From the NCBI RefSeq assembly GCF_009914755.1, contig NC_060935.1: 64,000 nucleotides of DNA; one strand, written 5' to 3'. The DNA comes from the human T2T-CHM13v2.0 reference genome, Homo sapiens. The translations under genes were made by a program, and so were the position numbers. Positions 24,740-38,068 of this stretch are shown piece after piece. The notes beneath the pieces are model-generated. The model did no database searches, was not told the DNA's origin, and saw only the letters and a list, made by a program, of their open reading frames with translations. The stretch's first letter is position 1, and each line of letters starts with the position of its first letter.

Positions 24740-24960
24740 CAGTCCATGGAATTATAAATGATTAACCGTTATCAGCGCACATCTTCACCTCTGTGTAAAA
24801 ATAGATTGACTGTAATGAGTATTTGAATAAATCATAAGAATGGCCGCCCTGCGATCGGCTAACATCCTGCCGATGGCTGCCCGGTGAGTGAGCAGGGCGC
24901 CGGCCCTCCCGCCTAATGGCCTGCGATTCAGCGCCGGTCGCCTCTGTGATTGACGGGCCT
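24740..24960. promoter_or_regulatory. Candidate highly conserved CpG-retaining enhancer
   Basis: 13 CpG in 24841-24960; ATAAATCA at 24827-24834; TGATTGACGG at 24947-24956; CTAATGG. Confidence 0.6.
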
Positions 24961-25609
24961 GGGCTCCCAGGGCACCTCCTCTGCAGCCCTGCTCAGGAGC
25001 AGTCGGATCTCCAGGCTGGGGTGTTGGGGGAAGGGTACCTCCCTCCATCCTGTTCCAGGAAAGCCTGCCTAGGAGGTGGGGCGGGGGGTGGGTGGAGGGG
25101 CAGACTAGAAGATAATGACCTTTGTGAGAATCGATGTCTCCTCCTCGCATCGGAGGTTAGAGGGACCTCATAAGTCAAGTATGAGGAGCAAGCTGAGCAT
25201 GAACCTTAATGAGAGCTGAGAGCGTGGGGGGAAATAGGCCTGCGCATCCCCCCGATCCCTGAGGGCAGCCGGGCACCTGGCTCTGGCCACCACACCCAGG
25301 AAAGCTCCCTGGCAGGGACACAGCCTTGGGCCTACAGATGGGAAGCAGGAAACACAGGTTTCTTCAGGTCCCAGGCCTCTGAAATGGAAAGATTCAAATG
25401 ACCTTTCAGGGAGTGTTTACCAGGGTGGCCTCAGGCATGGGGAGCCTGCCTTTTGGAGGGAAAGGAAGAAGAGGAGACGGGGAGGCAGGCTCAGGGTGAT
25501 AGGGCCCAGTTGAGGAGGGAAGGGTCTAAAAGTCTGAAGTTTCAGAGACAAGGCCAGTGAGGGCTGGATTTGAGAGGGAAACAGCAAATATTCCAAGTTA
25601 ATTCCAATG

Positions 25610-26181
25610 GTGTCCCATTTCTAGGCTATGTAAAAAATCACCCATAACAGAATGGCTTAACATCATTTATTCTTCAGGTCAGGAATTCAGAAAGGGCGTG
25701 GTGGGGCAGCTTGTCTCTGTGCCACCAGGTGCCACCATGGAATCTCAGTGGGGGCAGCTCAAAAGCTGGTTGCTGGAATCATCCAAAGGCTTGCTCCCTC
25801 ATCATTCTGGGCTTTGATGCTAGCTGTTGGCTGAGAGGTTGGCTGGACTGTCTTGGCCAGACCCATGTGACAGCTCCATGTAGCCTGAGCTTCCTCACAA
25901 TATGGCAGCTTGATTCCAAGGGTGAGCATCTAAGAGACAGTAAAAGCCAAGTGGAAGCTGTGTTGCCTTTTATTACCTGCCCTTCAAAGGCAAGCAGCAT
26001 CATAGCCACTGCATTCTCTCAACTGGGGCAGTTGCAAAGGTCCACCTAGGTTTAAGAGAAGGGAACATAAATACCCCCCTTCTCCATCTCTCCAAGGAGT
26101 ATCAACATCACATTGAAAGAACAGGATGAAGAATAGGAATGTATCTTGTTGCAGTCGTCTTTAGAGAATACAGTCTACCAC
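25610..26181 (-). mobile_element. MLT1F/G/H-like MaLR solo LTR
   Basis: caggtcaggaattcagaaagggc...gagcttcctcacaatatggcagct...tacagtctaccaca terminus. Confidence 0.8.
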
Positions 26182-27029
26182 AATTGGTACTCATCAAGTT
26201 AGTGGTCTGGCACAGCACAGCCTCATCTATTTCCCAGAAAGAATAAAAGGAACCCTTCTTTGGGGGTGATTTGTTCTCCCTAGAAAGACAGGCTAAAGAA
26301 CCCCCTGCCTTAGATAAATTAAACTGTCCCTTAATTCACAGAATGTTTGAGTCGAAAGGGCCCTCGGAGGCCAGGCAAGGATTCCTTCCTGGGCAGGCCA
26401 TGCTGGTGTTAATAGGTCCTGCAGCTAGCAGAAACTTCGACCTCAGGGTCGATCTCAACAAGAGTGAGTTGAGTCTGTAACCCACAGCTTCAAGTGTCAG
26501 GTCTGGAGGAGTCCTAGACTGTGAGCCAGGACTCCACAAGCCTTGAGCCCTTCACTTACATCCAGGGCTCCCTGGACCTCCATCCCCATGGACTTCTAAG
26601 CTGGGGTAGGTTTCACACAAAGATTAGGATTTAAGAAGCTACAAGGGTCTGTGCTGTAGCTGGGGAATTCTGGGCAGCCCTTCCTCCCTGACCTCACGTC
26701 CCCTGCTCTCCTTCCTTCCCCTCTGCCACATACTATGTCCTGAGGAGGCTGTGCCCTCCAAGAACTATAGTCTCTTTCCTTTGCCATTTTTCTGACCCGG
26801 ATGCAGCTAAATCCTGGAAGAGGATCTGAATGTCCTAGGTGCCTTGTTGTGACTTAAGGGGATAGAAAAAAAGCCCAAGCAACCAAAGAGTAGAAACAAC
26901 CAGCCCGTATCCCCAAAGGGCTGAGAGCTGAGAATGGCTAACACCAAAGGGGAGGGGGCAGGGGCGAGAGGGGTGAGTGGACTTGGTCTTGATAAAAAGT
27001 GCTAGAGTTTGGAGGAAGAGTCTTGGATT

Positions 27030-27240
27030 CTTCCACTTATTGGGCACTTACTACATGCTAGGCATCATGCTAAGCACTTAGGGTGCATTTTCTCACTGAA
27101 CCCTCACACTATGTTATGGGATGATGTTATTATCTCTATTACAGAAGAGGAGAGGAGGCTTAGAGAGCAAGAGGAATACCCTAGGAAGTAACAGAATTGA
27201 AATTCAACTAAGGACTCTCTATTCTTGAGACTTACACTAT
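27030..27240 (-). mobile_element. MIR
   Basis: cacttattgggcacttactacatgctaggcatcatgctaagcac. Confidence 0.75.
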
Positions 27241-27529
27241 TTTCTTGTATGACACTCAGTTGACTCCTCTGTAAATGGAAATGTCTGATGGCATCATCCC
27301 CAATGCTACTGTCATTTCTAAGATTCTAAATGTGCAGATAAGATTTTGGGAACTTGCTTAGTTATATCTAAATGGGCCTACTTCATGGAGTTGAGTCTAG
27401 GTGAAAGTATGGAATGATTTCCTATTCTGTCCCCTTTTGTGAAACTTAGGTCAGGAAACTAACATTTAATTTGGGCACATGAAGGAAACAGATGGACACA
27501 AACATAAAGGTCATTTAGATTTTCAAGGC

Positions 27530-27770
27530 TCCAGCTTGGGAGAAGAATGTTGGATTTGAAGTACAAAGATCAGATTTGAAGCCCAGCCTTGGCACCCCTG
27601 TGATCCTGGGCACATCTCTTTGGCCTTTGGCTTCCTCATCTCTGGAATAGAAATGGGGTTGTATATACTTCCCAGGACTGCTATGAGGACTCACTGCGAT
27701 CCAGCATGTGCAGGTACCTAGAGCCATTCTTGGCACACAATAGGTACTCACTAAGGCTCCAGCCATTCAC
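27530..27770 (+). mobile_element. MIR
   Basis: cttcctcatctctggaatagaaatgggg...tggcacacaataggtactca. Confidence 0.7.
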
Positions 27771-28559
27771 TCGCCCAGTAAATAAATAAAAAGTGGAGTT
27801 GGAAAGAAAGGCTATTCCTTTCCATTGCTTCTGACAGAGACGGTCAAGAATCTTGCCTTTAACTGTACTCTCCATAAAAGTTCACTCATAAACTATTGAT
27901 ATTTTAATAATACACATTAGTGTCTTGCCCTTTGACAAATGAATATTGAATGAGCAATAAAGAGGCAAAACACTAGCCAGGTATACTGCTGCAGAGGAGC
28001 TAGGATCCTGGCTGGCTGTCCAAGGGAATGCCCGCTTTCCAGAGACCTTGTAACTCACCCTTCACCCCAGTGACCCCTAAGGAAACAGCTCTCAAAAACA
28101 GCTCAGAATCCAGCCAGCCCAGCCTGGCCTGAGTAGGGTTTGTCCTCATTTTTTATTTCAGTTGGCTGGAGGGGACTTGCAAGGAGAGAGAAAAGGTCAT
28201 TAAAGAACCACTAAAAGGGTGGATGTTTTACCCCATGTGAAACACTTTGGATCTTCCCATTACCTTTGTGAAAGGTGGAGGTTTCTTCTTCACATGCTCT
28301 TTCCTCCGTAGATTGCATCTACAGACAGTCAGAGTGCCCGCAAGAAATCAGGCAATGAGCGTAAAAACAACAGACTCGATCCACCCCGCTCGACCAGATC
28401 TTGATGGGAACCTATGCTCGAAGGGTGTGTGCTAAGGTTTATAAGGCAGAATTTCCTGCCTCTTCCGGCTTTGCAGCCAGCTCCGTGGCCCCAGCCTCCA
28501 GGTTCTCATGGCCTCCATCTAGGCTGGTAGTCCTTGAGTGTGCAGAGAGCAGTGACAGG

Positions 28560-29070
28560 GGCATTTAGTTGGTCCAGCTTAATTGGTGTGATTTAATGGC
28601 ATTTCTGGAGGATTCGGATTCAGGCTTTCCGAGCTGCAAATCTGCTTTCTAAATGTAGAATTTTTGTGGAGTGGTAAAAAATAATGGCTGTTCTGTGATT
28701 CCTGCCTCCTGAGCTAGGAGATTGCAATTTACATTATGCAAATAGACGTTATGCAATCAAGGCACTTTAGCAGGAATCTGGCGGCAGAGAGGCCGATTGA
28801 TGAGATGCCGAGGTCTGCAGCCCCAACTGGAGGCGCCCCGGAAGAGTGAGATGGAGTGGGGAGGGGGTGGACCGGGCAGGGGAGGAGGCAAAGAGTCTGT
28901 TTCCCTGGCCCAAGGAGGCCGAGTGGAGCCGGCCCAGAGATGAACGCATCTGGGAGCTGCCAAGGCGACTCTCTCAATTAATGGCTTTGTTTAATCATAC
29001 CCCCTGTCCAGAAGAGTATTGTCTTACGGATAATTTCGTTTGCCTAACGAGATTTTGCTAATTAAATCTC
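28560..29070. promoter_or_regulatory. Candidate developmental enhancer (POU/homeodomain cluster, possible CTCF-like site)
   Basis: TTAATTGG, TGATTTAATGG, ATGCAAAT at 28736-28743, TCAATTAATGG, CTAATTAAAT; CCAACTGGAGGCGC at ~28823-28836. Confidence 0.5.
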
Positions 29071-29719
29071 CTTTCAGTTGGTGTGACTATGCCTGCAGGA
29101 GAGGTGGCTATTTGGAGTCTTCTCCATAAACCTTTCTGGAGAGGAGCTGGGAAGGAGGGATGGGAGGGAGGAGAGAGAAGAGGTGGAAAGGGAGAGAGAC
29201 CCTTTCCCGCTGCAAGCAGGGCAAGAGGCTTTGAGCAGAGTTTGGAAGCTGCAAGGTGGCTGCCACCACCCAAATCGCCTTTCTTCATCCACTGAAATGC
29301 AGTTCTAAATCCTTGTCCAGCCTGAAAGGATTTCCCTCTTTTTTCTTTCTCTGTGGTGCCTGTCACTTCCACCATTACCCATTCTCAGATCCTTCTCAAA
29401 TCCTCAGAGGGAGAACCGGGAGGCTTATAAGAAGGTTCTGAAGGGTTTCCAAGTGCTGCTCCCAGTATCCTTGGCTGTGGGGGGACTAGTGATGGTGTAG
29501 GGTCCCCTCCTCTTGCCTTTGCAGTTAGCCAGCCAAGCTGGCTCTTCAGAGAGGAAAAATTGCTCCAAAGCTAGCCATTTCTCCAGGGATAGTTGCATGG
29601 ATCAAAGAGGAAAATACCTCATTAGACCCATTTATCATCAGAGCTAGCCAAGGAGAGCCTCCCGTATCTGGAGGAGCCTAGCGCTGTGCTTGCGATAGCT
29701 GGAGCCTAATTAATGCTGC

Positions 29720-30260
29720 TGTGATATGCGGCCATGCCATCCCCATGCTGGACCACCTCCAGTGGTTCTTTGCTATCCACAGGTTGAAGTTCAGCTTTCT
29801 TGGCCTGGCTGACCATGGGCTTCACGGTTCAACCCTGGTCTACTTTCCTAACTTCATCTCTCACCCTGCAGCTGCTCCCCATCCCTGTAAATACAGACAC
29901 TCAGATACACAGGCACACTCCTATAGCTGAAACCCCAACTATGCCGGATTGCTCAATCTCCCCCAACAAATACTCTGTGTACTTTTATGCCTCGGTGCCT
30001 TTGCACATGCTGCTTATCTGGACTATCCTCAGCCTGGGCGGCCCTTGCTCATTTATCTCCTCTGTGACTTCCTCCTTACAGGCCTTCCCAGCCTCCCCCA
30101 TCCCTATGCTGCTGCGTTCCTTTGCCTGTAGACCATCACAAGACTCAAACACAATTATTAGTCTATCTATCCATGTAAACCATTGAACCCCATTCTTCTT
30201 TCAATCCCAATACCTTGAATCGTTCCTGGTCATAACAGGCACCCTACAAGACTGATTAAG
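29720..30260 (+). mobile_element. L2 fragment
   Basis: cacctccagtggttctttgct...gcctttgcacatgctgctt...ctcctctgtgacttcctcc. Confidence 0.7.
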
Positions 30261-30270
30261 AGAAAGGAGG

Positions 30271-30619
<349 letters not shown>

Positions 30620-31629
30620 TCAAGGTGAAGAGGGTGGAGTGATGGAGAGGTACTCTCCAGTTAAGCCCCCAAGCTCCAGGATGGATGGTGAAGGTGGAGG
30701 GGGATGGCGGCGGGGAGCAGGAGACTGATTTCTGCTGACACCATGCACCATGCAGAGGGAGCTGCCTATCCATTCATCACCTTCATTTCACAAGATGAGT
30801 AGGGGCACTTCATCTGTGGTTCCCCGTCTATGTGGGGGCCCTGTGCTTGGTGTGTCGCTGTCTCATTTCGCACATGCTCACATGTGAGGTGGGTACTATT
30901 TTTGCAGAGGGAACTGAGGCTGGCCTGTTGTCATCGGAGGGCAAGGCAGTGTTGGTCTGTAACGGGGCCCACTGGGGAACCCCAGGAGCATCTCCCTGTA
31001 GGGAGGTAAAAGCTCCTATACTTCCCAGTCTCCCCTCTTCATACCCCCACCTGCCCATCCACCCATCCATCCTTACTGGAAGCTAAGCCGCTCTGGGAGT
31101 TTGCCCTACTCTCTCTCCCCACGATGCCAGGGTTCATACATGTTCTAGGATGCCTGCATGTACCTGCCTGTGTGTGTCTGCATGTGCTGGGGGCCTGAGT
31201 GGTGCACAGGCCCTGAAGGGTGGCCTCTGGTTACTGGTTCTGGACTGCTGCCCAGCTGGTGGGGGGACATCAGGGGTGGAGGAGTCTGCATTCCATGCTG
31301 GGGATAGAGCAGCCCAGGGGAAATGGCTCAGGTCTTCCTGTGCAATGCGGGGCAGGGATGGGGGGAGGGCGGGTTGTGTGTGAGTGTGCGAGCGAGGCAG
31401 TCTTTCAGGAGAGTGGCGGGTGTGTCCTTCTTGGCTCCTGAGTTTTAGTGCCCTGCTTGTTGTTCTTTGTCGGGGCACGTCTGTCCATGGCCTATCTCTT
31501 CATCTAGGCTTGCAATCATCCTCACGTCCCCATCATGCTCTGCTGAGCCTGCAGTGTTTCTAGGTACACAGTAGGTGCTCAACAAATGCTCAGCGAATGC
31601 AATGGATAAGTGAAGGATTGAACAAGTGT

Positions 31630-31830
31630 GCATTTTGGTGTCAGACAGACTTGGGTTCTGTTATTTACTTAGCTGGGAACTTGGGATTTAATTTTCTCAT
31701 CTAGAAAGCAAGAATAATAATATTTCCTATTTTTTCTTGAAGGGTTGTTGGTGGAGGATTAAAAGAGATATGTGAAAGTGTTTTATAAACTATAAAGCAC
31801 TGCACAAATATAAGAGGTTATTACTATAAT
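31630..31830 (+). mobile_element. MIR
   Basis: ttggtgtcagacagacttgggttc...ggattaaaagagatatgtgaaagtg. Confidence 0.75.
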
Positions 31831-32288
31831 GGTTATCACACTTGAAGTGATCACTGTGTTTGAAAATTAGGGATTCTGTTTTCAGGAATGTAAAATCATC
31901 TAGGCCTGATTTGAACTCTGGGACTTGTAGAGCAATGGTTATAGGAACTGGTTCTAGATTCAGCCAACAGTGGGAGCTTTCAGGGCCTGGAGGCTCAGCC
32001 CAGAGGCCCTTCCCTCTCCCCTTCTGGGTGGACTGTCCCTGGGGTGGGAGGATGAGTCTGAGAAAGTGGGCCATCTTCAGTTAAGCCACCTGTCCCCAAA
32101 GTGGGCCCATGGAAATCGTCTTCCCAAGTCTCTGCCATTGTCTGGACTCCATGTCTCGTTATCTTTGCATATGCTGTTCCCTCTGCCAAAGATGCTTTTC
32201 GCTCTTTTCTCCACTGATCTTTTCACCTCTTGTGCCATAGTTGCTGCACTCTTTCCAGGCACCCAGGTTACCAAGTTTACTGCCATGA

Positions 32289-32617
<329 letters not shown>

Positions 32618-33299
32618 TGTACCTGGGACCCTTAAAGCCTGCCTCTCTTACCAGTGTGCACTGCCAGGGGAGGTACTGGGCTTCACTCATTGCTGGAGCC
32701 CCAGAGCCAAGTGGATGAATGGATGGAAGGATGAAAGATGAAGGGAAGGGTTGGAGCTTGGTAACTGCACAAGATTGGAGCTTCTGAAGCACCCTGAGCT
32801 ACAGGGCAAAGCAAGGAAGAAGAAGCTGCAGAGAGATCAGTACTGCCTTGCAAATCACCCCCACATTTCTGAGATATTTCCCAGCCAACCTCATGCTCCA
32901 AATGTCAGCAAGGCTGATCTTCCTTGGGGTCACAGGGTCTGGGGACCCCAGTCCCCTGTAGGTGGGTGTCTGGCCCTCAGCCAGCTGGGCAGTGAGGCCT
33001 ACATGCTGGAGCTGCGTCCTGAGGATGGAGAGGCATCTGCCTGTTGCCGACCTCTAGAGGTGAGCAGTTCTCCACCTGGGGATGCAGACGCTGCCTCCCC
33101 TTATCCCCAACCCTTCCAGATCTGTCTCTTGGTGGGGTTGGCCCCAGCTGGCAAAGAATCTGCTATAAACCCTCCCAGGGACCTGGCTCCCTCGCCTTCC
33201 CCCTGAGTTGGAGGCATCTTGTGTCTTGCCTGCTCTAGGCCTTTCCCACATTGCCCTCCCACTCCCAGCCCCAGGCAGCCTCAGCAAAGTGCCAGGGGG

Positions 33300-33470
33300 C
33301 TGGGAGGCTTTTCATTACCAAATGCACTGAACCTATTTGTGAGTGTTTTGCAAAGTGTTTAATCCAAGGTGTTCCCTCAATTAAATTAGTGCAAACATCT
33401 GTGTCCCACATCCACCTCCATTTGCATTCTGTGCCATTTATTACAGCGGGAAATTGGAAGGCACCTTAGG
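33300..33470. promoter_or_regulatory. Candidate enhancer (bicoid-type, P3-like and octamer motifs)
   Basis: TTAATCC at 33359-33365; CAATTAAATTAG; ATTTGCAT at 33420-33427. Confidence 0.35.
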
Positions 33471-33944
33471 AATACTTAGGACTGAATTAGGCTAGGTTGG
33501 GGTGAGCATCTGGGGGAGGGCAGGGTGCTTGTGAGACTGGTCTAGAAAGTGGATCCTTTTCCAGGCTGGGACTTGTGAGGACCCATTTCCTGGTGCAGGA
33601 GACCACGTGGTGGGTGGTGTCTGGGCTTGAGACTACCTGGTCTCATGGGGGAGACTGGGTGAATTTAATTAATGCCGCCACTCCCCACCTGGGACCATGT
33701 ACCTGCAGAGGCAGGAGAAGTTCACTGTTGCTGTTTTATAACTTTAAACCCAATTTTTAAAAAAGTGTATCAAGTGACCCATCTGGGACTCTCCCTGGGG
33801 GAGACCTTCCATGCTGGAAGGTGTGTGTTTTATCCTGAAACTACTCAGCCTTGGTGGCTGGCTGAGCATGGCTGGCAGCTTCTCTTCCCTTATGCCATGT
33901 GATCCCCATGACTGTCAAGTGTTATACTTTAGGAGTCCTACTAA

Positions 33945-34180
33945 TATACCAGTCTAGGAGGCATCAGAGAATAGTTTCTGCTGTGTGACAGGCCTGTGCC
34001 AAGTGCTTCACATGCACTATCTGTGGTCACCCTCCACCAGCCCTCTGAGTCAGGACAAACCAGGGACTGGAGCTCAGAAAGGCCAAGCAACACATTCATG
34101 TTTCCACTGCTAAAAAGCAGAGCCACCGGGATTCAGACCTGGGTCTGCATGACGCCAAAGACTATGTGCTTTCCACTGCA
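33945..34180 (-). mobile_element. MIR
   Basis: aggcctgtgccaagtgcttcacatgcactatct...gggattcagacctgggtctg. Confidence 0.7.
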
Positions 34181-34791
34181 CTTGGAGCTCTCTCTCAAAT
34201 GAAGCAATTGGACTTGGCTTTGAATCAGGAATGGTGCGGCCTCCCCCAAATCCTCTGACCAGCATGCCCTGGCCGGGTTGTACAGAGGCCCTGGTCCTAG
34301 CCTGCCCCCATTAGGATGGCTTATCCTGGGACTTCTGGGGACCTATGATGGGTAAGCTCAGGCTGCTGCTGACTCACCAGGAGAAGGGGAACCCTGGCTT
34401 CTGAGGGATGGGGCAGGGAGCAAAAGGAAAAGAAGTTTGAGGAGTGAAGGAGAGGCTCATAGGTTGCTGAAGGGACCTTAGTGGTTACTGAGTTTCTCAG
34501 TACTGAGTGAGGAAACTGAAATTCAGGCTGGTCTGGAACCTTAGGACTCCCAACTACTGGGAGGGAAGTGATGCCAAGGCCTGGGAAAGTCCAGGGGTTT
34601 TGTTTTGTTTTGTTTTTAAGGGTGAGTGCTATCTTTCTAGATGCAAAATGTAAAATAAGATTGGAGCGAGAAACCAGGGTGGAAAGGGGATAGGAGGCTA
34701 CTGTGGACCCCAGACCTCAGGAAGAAGAACCTCACCAATTCCTGGGGTTCTACCTAGAGATGTCCAGGGAACAGGAAGAATAGCCAGGAGG

Positions 34792-35162
34792 TGTCTTCAT
34801 CTGTTTTGTGCTACTGTAACAGAATACCTGAGATGGGATAATTTATAGTAAACAGGAATTTATTTCTCACAGTTCTGGAGCCTGGGAAGTCCAGGATTAA
34901 GGTGCTGGCATCTGGCAGGGGCCTTCTTGCTGTGTCATAACATGGCAGGAGGCATCACATGGCAGAAGCACAAAAGAGAGGGCCAGAGAGAGACAGCAAG
35001 AGGGACTGGGACACATTCCTGCAATAACAAACCCACTCCCGTGATAAAGGTGGCACACTCATGACCTAAACACCTCTTGAAGGCCCTGCCTTCCAATATA
35101 GTCATAATGGCAATTAAATTTCAACATGAGTTTTGGAAGAGACAAATGTTCAAACCATAGCA
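34792..35162 (-). mobile_element. MST-family MaLR solo LTR
   Basis: tgtcttcatctgttttgtgctactgtaacagaatacctgaga...aaatttcaacatgagttttgg...caaaccatagca. Confidence 0.9.
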
Positions 35163-36479
35163 GGAATATTCCTGGGACACGCTACTGGTGCTCATCTCTG
35201 CCTTCCCCTTCCCCGGTTTGCCCTGTGGTCTGGGCAGGACCACAGCATCTGGAGGAAGATGGTACAATGGAGGGACATTAAATTTGAGCTCAAATGTCTG
35301 CTGTCCCACTTCCTCCCTATGACCATGTCTTAGCCTTAGTTTCTCCATCTATTAAAGAATAATAATGATCTCACCCCACAGGATTGTTGGGAATATTAAG
35401 GGAAATGTTAGGCATGCTTGACCCTAGATGGGGACTCAAGACATCACTGTGCATTTTGCTTTTTCTTCCACAGCTCCTGTCTACTTTTCCCTCTTAGGCC
35501 CTGTGCTTTGATCCTGGGCATTAGGGAGGCTGTGGAGATGAGGATGGGCAACCCCTGCTTCAGCTCACCCTCCTCACTTTCCCATTCTCTCTCCTCCCTC
35601 TCTCATCAAAAGACTTTAATAAATGCATCTCAGCATGTGACACTGCCAGGGGCTTTACAAGAATAAGTTGCTTATCCCAGCCCTTACTTCCTAGAAATGA
35701 CAATCTACAATAAAAATGCATTTATTAAGCACTGGCTGTGTGTAGTACCCAGTGCTAGGCACAGCAGGGTTAGCCTGAAAACGACCCCCAGGGCCTCTTG
35801 TCTCCTCCCAGGCCCCAACAGTTTCTGCTTTCTTTGGAATTGGCAGATCCCAGAACCATCTGCCTTTCCCGGCAGGATTTTGGGCTTCTGTACCCCTTTG
35901 TTCCTCTGTGCTTATCCACATGAGGTCCTCTTTGCCTCGAATGCCCTCTACACCCCATGTTTACCTGGTTGGAACCCAGTTTCCTGATGAGGAGTGCCTC
36001 TGTGACAACATCTGTGCTGGGCTCATCTTCCTTGAGCTCACAGTGCCCACTGAACATCCTCCTGGGACTCTTCCTCACCCTGGGTTTCTATACTGTCTCT
36101 ACCAGAGGTGCCTAGCTCTAGTGAAGGGCACTAGAGGCCAAAGTATGATGTCCTAGAGCCAGCACAGGCCCTGGGGTCATCTCTTCTGCCTTGTCTGCAG
36201 GGAAGATTATGCCCAGTCCCTCCACAGCAGCAGAGAATGCTGGGTTATTGGAATGCCTTCCCCTCTCGTTAGCCTTTTGCACTCAATAAATGCTTGTTTT
36301 GTTGGACAACTTCAGCAGCCTCCTTCACTGGCATGCTTGAAGAGAGGTTGTCAGAGCAGCAGCCTCCCTCTCTAGTTTCCAGGGTGTTCAGTCTGAGAGC
36401 CCTTCCATGTCTCTGTTACTTGCAATTCTAGTAAGGATTTGCTGTCTCCCCACCCAGCCTCAGGATATGGGATCTCCAG

Positions 36480-36860
36480 AGGTGCGCAGGATAGGCAGAG
36501 AAGAATGACCCTTAATGTATTGCCCCTGTATCTTTGCCAAGGACATTTCCTTTTCCCAAAGTCTTTTTTTGCTCTCCACATGGCCGAATTCTTCCCATCC
36601 CGCTAGCTCCTATCCACCTCTTCCACAAAGTCTTCTTAAGAAGATCCTTCAGGGGAAAGCAATTTCTTCCTCCCAGAGCCCCTGGCCTGAACCTCCTGCC
36701 ACTGACCATCCCAGGTATGTCTGTGTCTGTCCTTTTCCCCTGGGCCATGTCAGTCCTCGGTCCATGGCTGATGCTTCTGTAGCCCTCGCTCTGCCTGGCC
36801 TGGCTCTTGGCAAGTGCTGAATTTGCAATAGATGTTTCCCAAATGAACAAATGAACAGGA
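36480..36860 (+). mobile_element. L2 fragment
   Basis: C/T-rich L2 3' region ending aatagatgtttcccaaatgaacaaatgaa. Confidence 0.55.
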
Positions 36861-37261
36861 CTATTTCTTGTTTGTCTCAGAGGGAGGTGTCTGGGTTTTT
36901 CTCTCATCCACTGCTTGGAGTTTTCTGCTCCAGGGTTCTAATGAACCTGAAGGCAATTTGTCACTAGTTACTGGAAACTAGATGTTATGGCCAGCAAAAG
37001 AAAAGCAGGTGTTAAATTCTGCTTGGTATACTGAGCAGACTGGAATTACTTTTGCACAGCAGCTCTGTCGGGTCCCAGGACACTGATACTCTACAGGCAA
37101 AGCCTCCAAAACAGAGTAAACAAGATGGGCCATTGGAATAAGAGAAGAAAATCTTGCGACTTTACTTATTTGTATTTTTAAAAAATCTTATTTTACTTAG
37201 ATTTCTATTTTTGAAATGTGTTTTATAAGACACATCATATACTGGTAGAGTAGTGTGGCTT

Positions 37262-37785
37262 ATATGCAATGTATATATTGTAACATATAATATAGATGTA
37301 TTATATATAAGATATATAAGACATATATACAACACATACACATATATGATATGTGTTATATATAATACATGTTATGTATGTTATATATACACATTATATA
37401 TAACACATTTATATTATATGTTATAATATATACATTTTATACAAGCCACACTACTGTACCAGTATATGGTGTGTCCTATATGATGGGTCTCACTATGTTG
37501 CCCAGGGTGGACTTGAATTGCCCTCAAGTGATCCTCCATCCATATAACATATATAATATATATATATAACGTATATATATAACATATATAATATATATAA
37601 CGTATATATATAACATATATAATATACATTATATAACGTATATACATGTATATATACATACATATATACATATAATATATGTATATATAACATACATAAT
37701 ATATTATATATAACTTATATAATATAGTATATATAACCTATATATTATATATAATATATATAACACATATATACACACACACATG
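37262..37785. repeat. (TA)-rich low-complexity/minisatellite with embedded ~60-bp Alu remnant (37483-37540), possibly inside a Charlie4-like fossil
   Basis: Repeating aacatatataatatatataacgtatatatat units; gatgggtctcactatgttgcccagg inside. Confidence 0.85.
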
Positions 37786-38068
37786 TTTATATGTGTGCAT
37801 CTTGAGGGTGATTATAAATTTTTACTGGTAGAGTTTTGTAAACATCTGGGGATCCTATTCCCCTGGGAATCTCCGGGTCTTAGGACATGGCAGGCACTTG
37901 CAAATATGTGTGGCTGGACTCATACTGATTTAAATGGATACTATGGGATACTAATGGATACTATTGGAGAATCTTTTAAAGTTTTAAAATTTGACTTTGA
38001 TTTGGTCCTCAATGATTTACTTCTAAATAGTATAGCTAGAGAACCATGGTGCAGCAAATAAACAAGAA

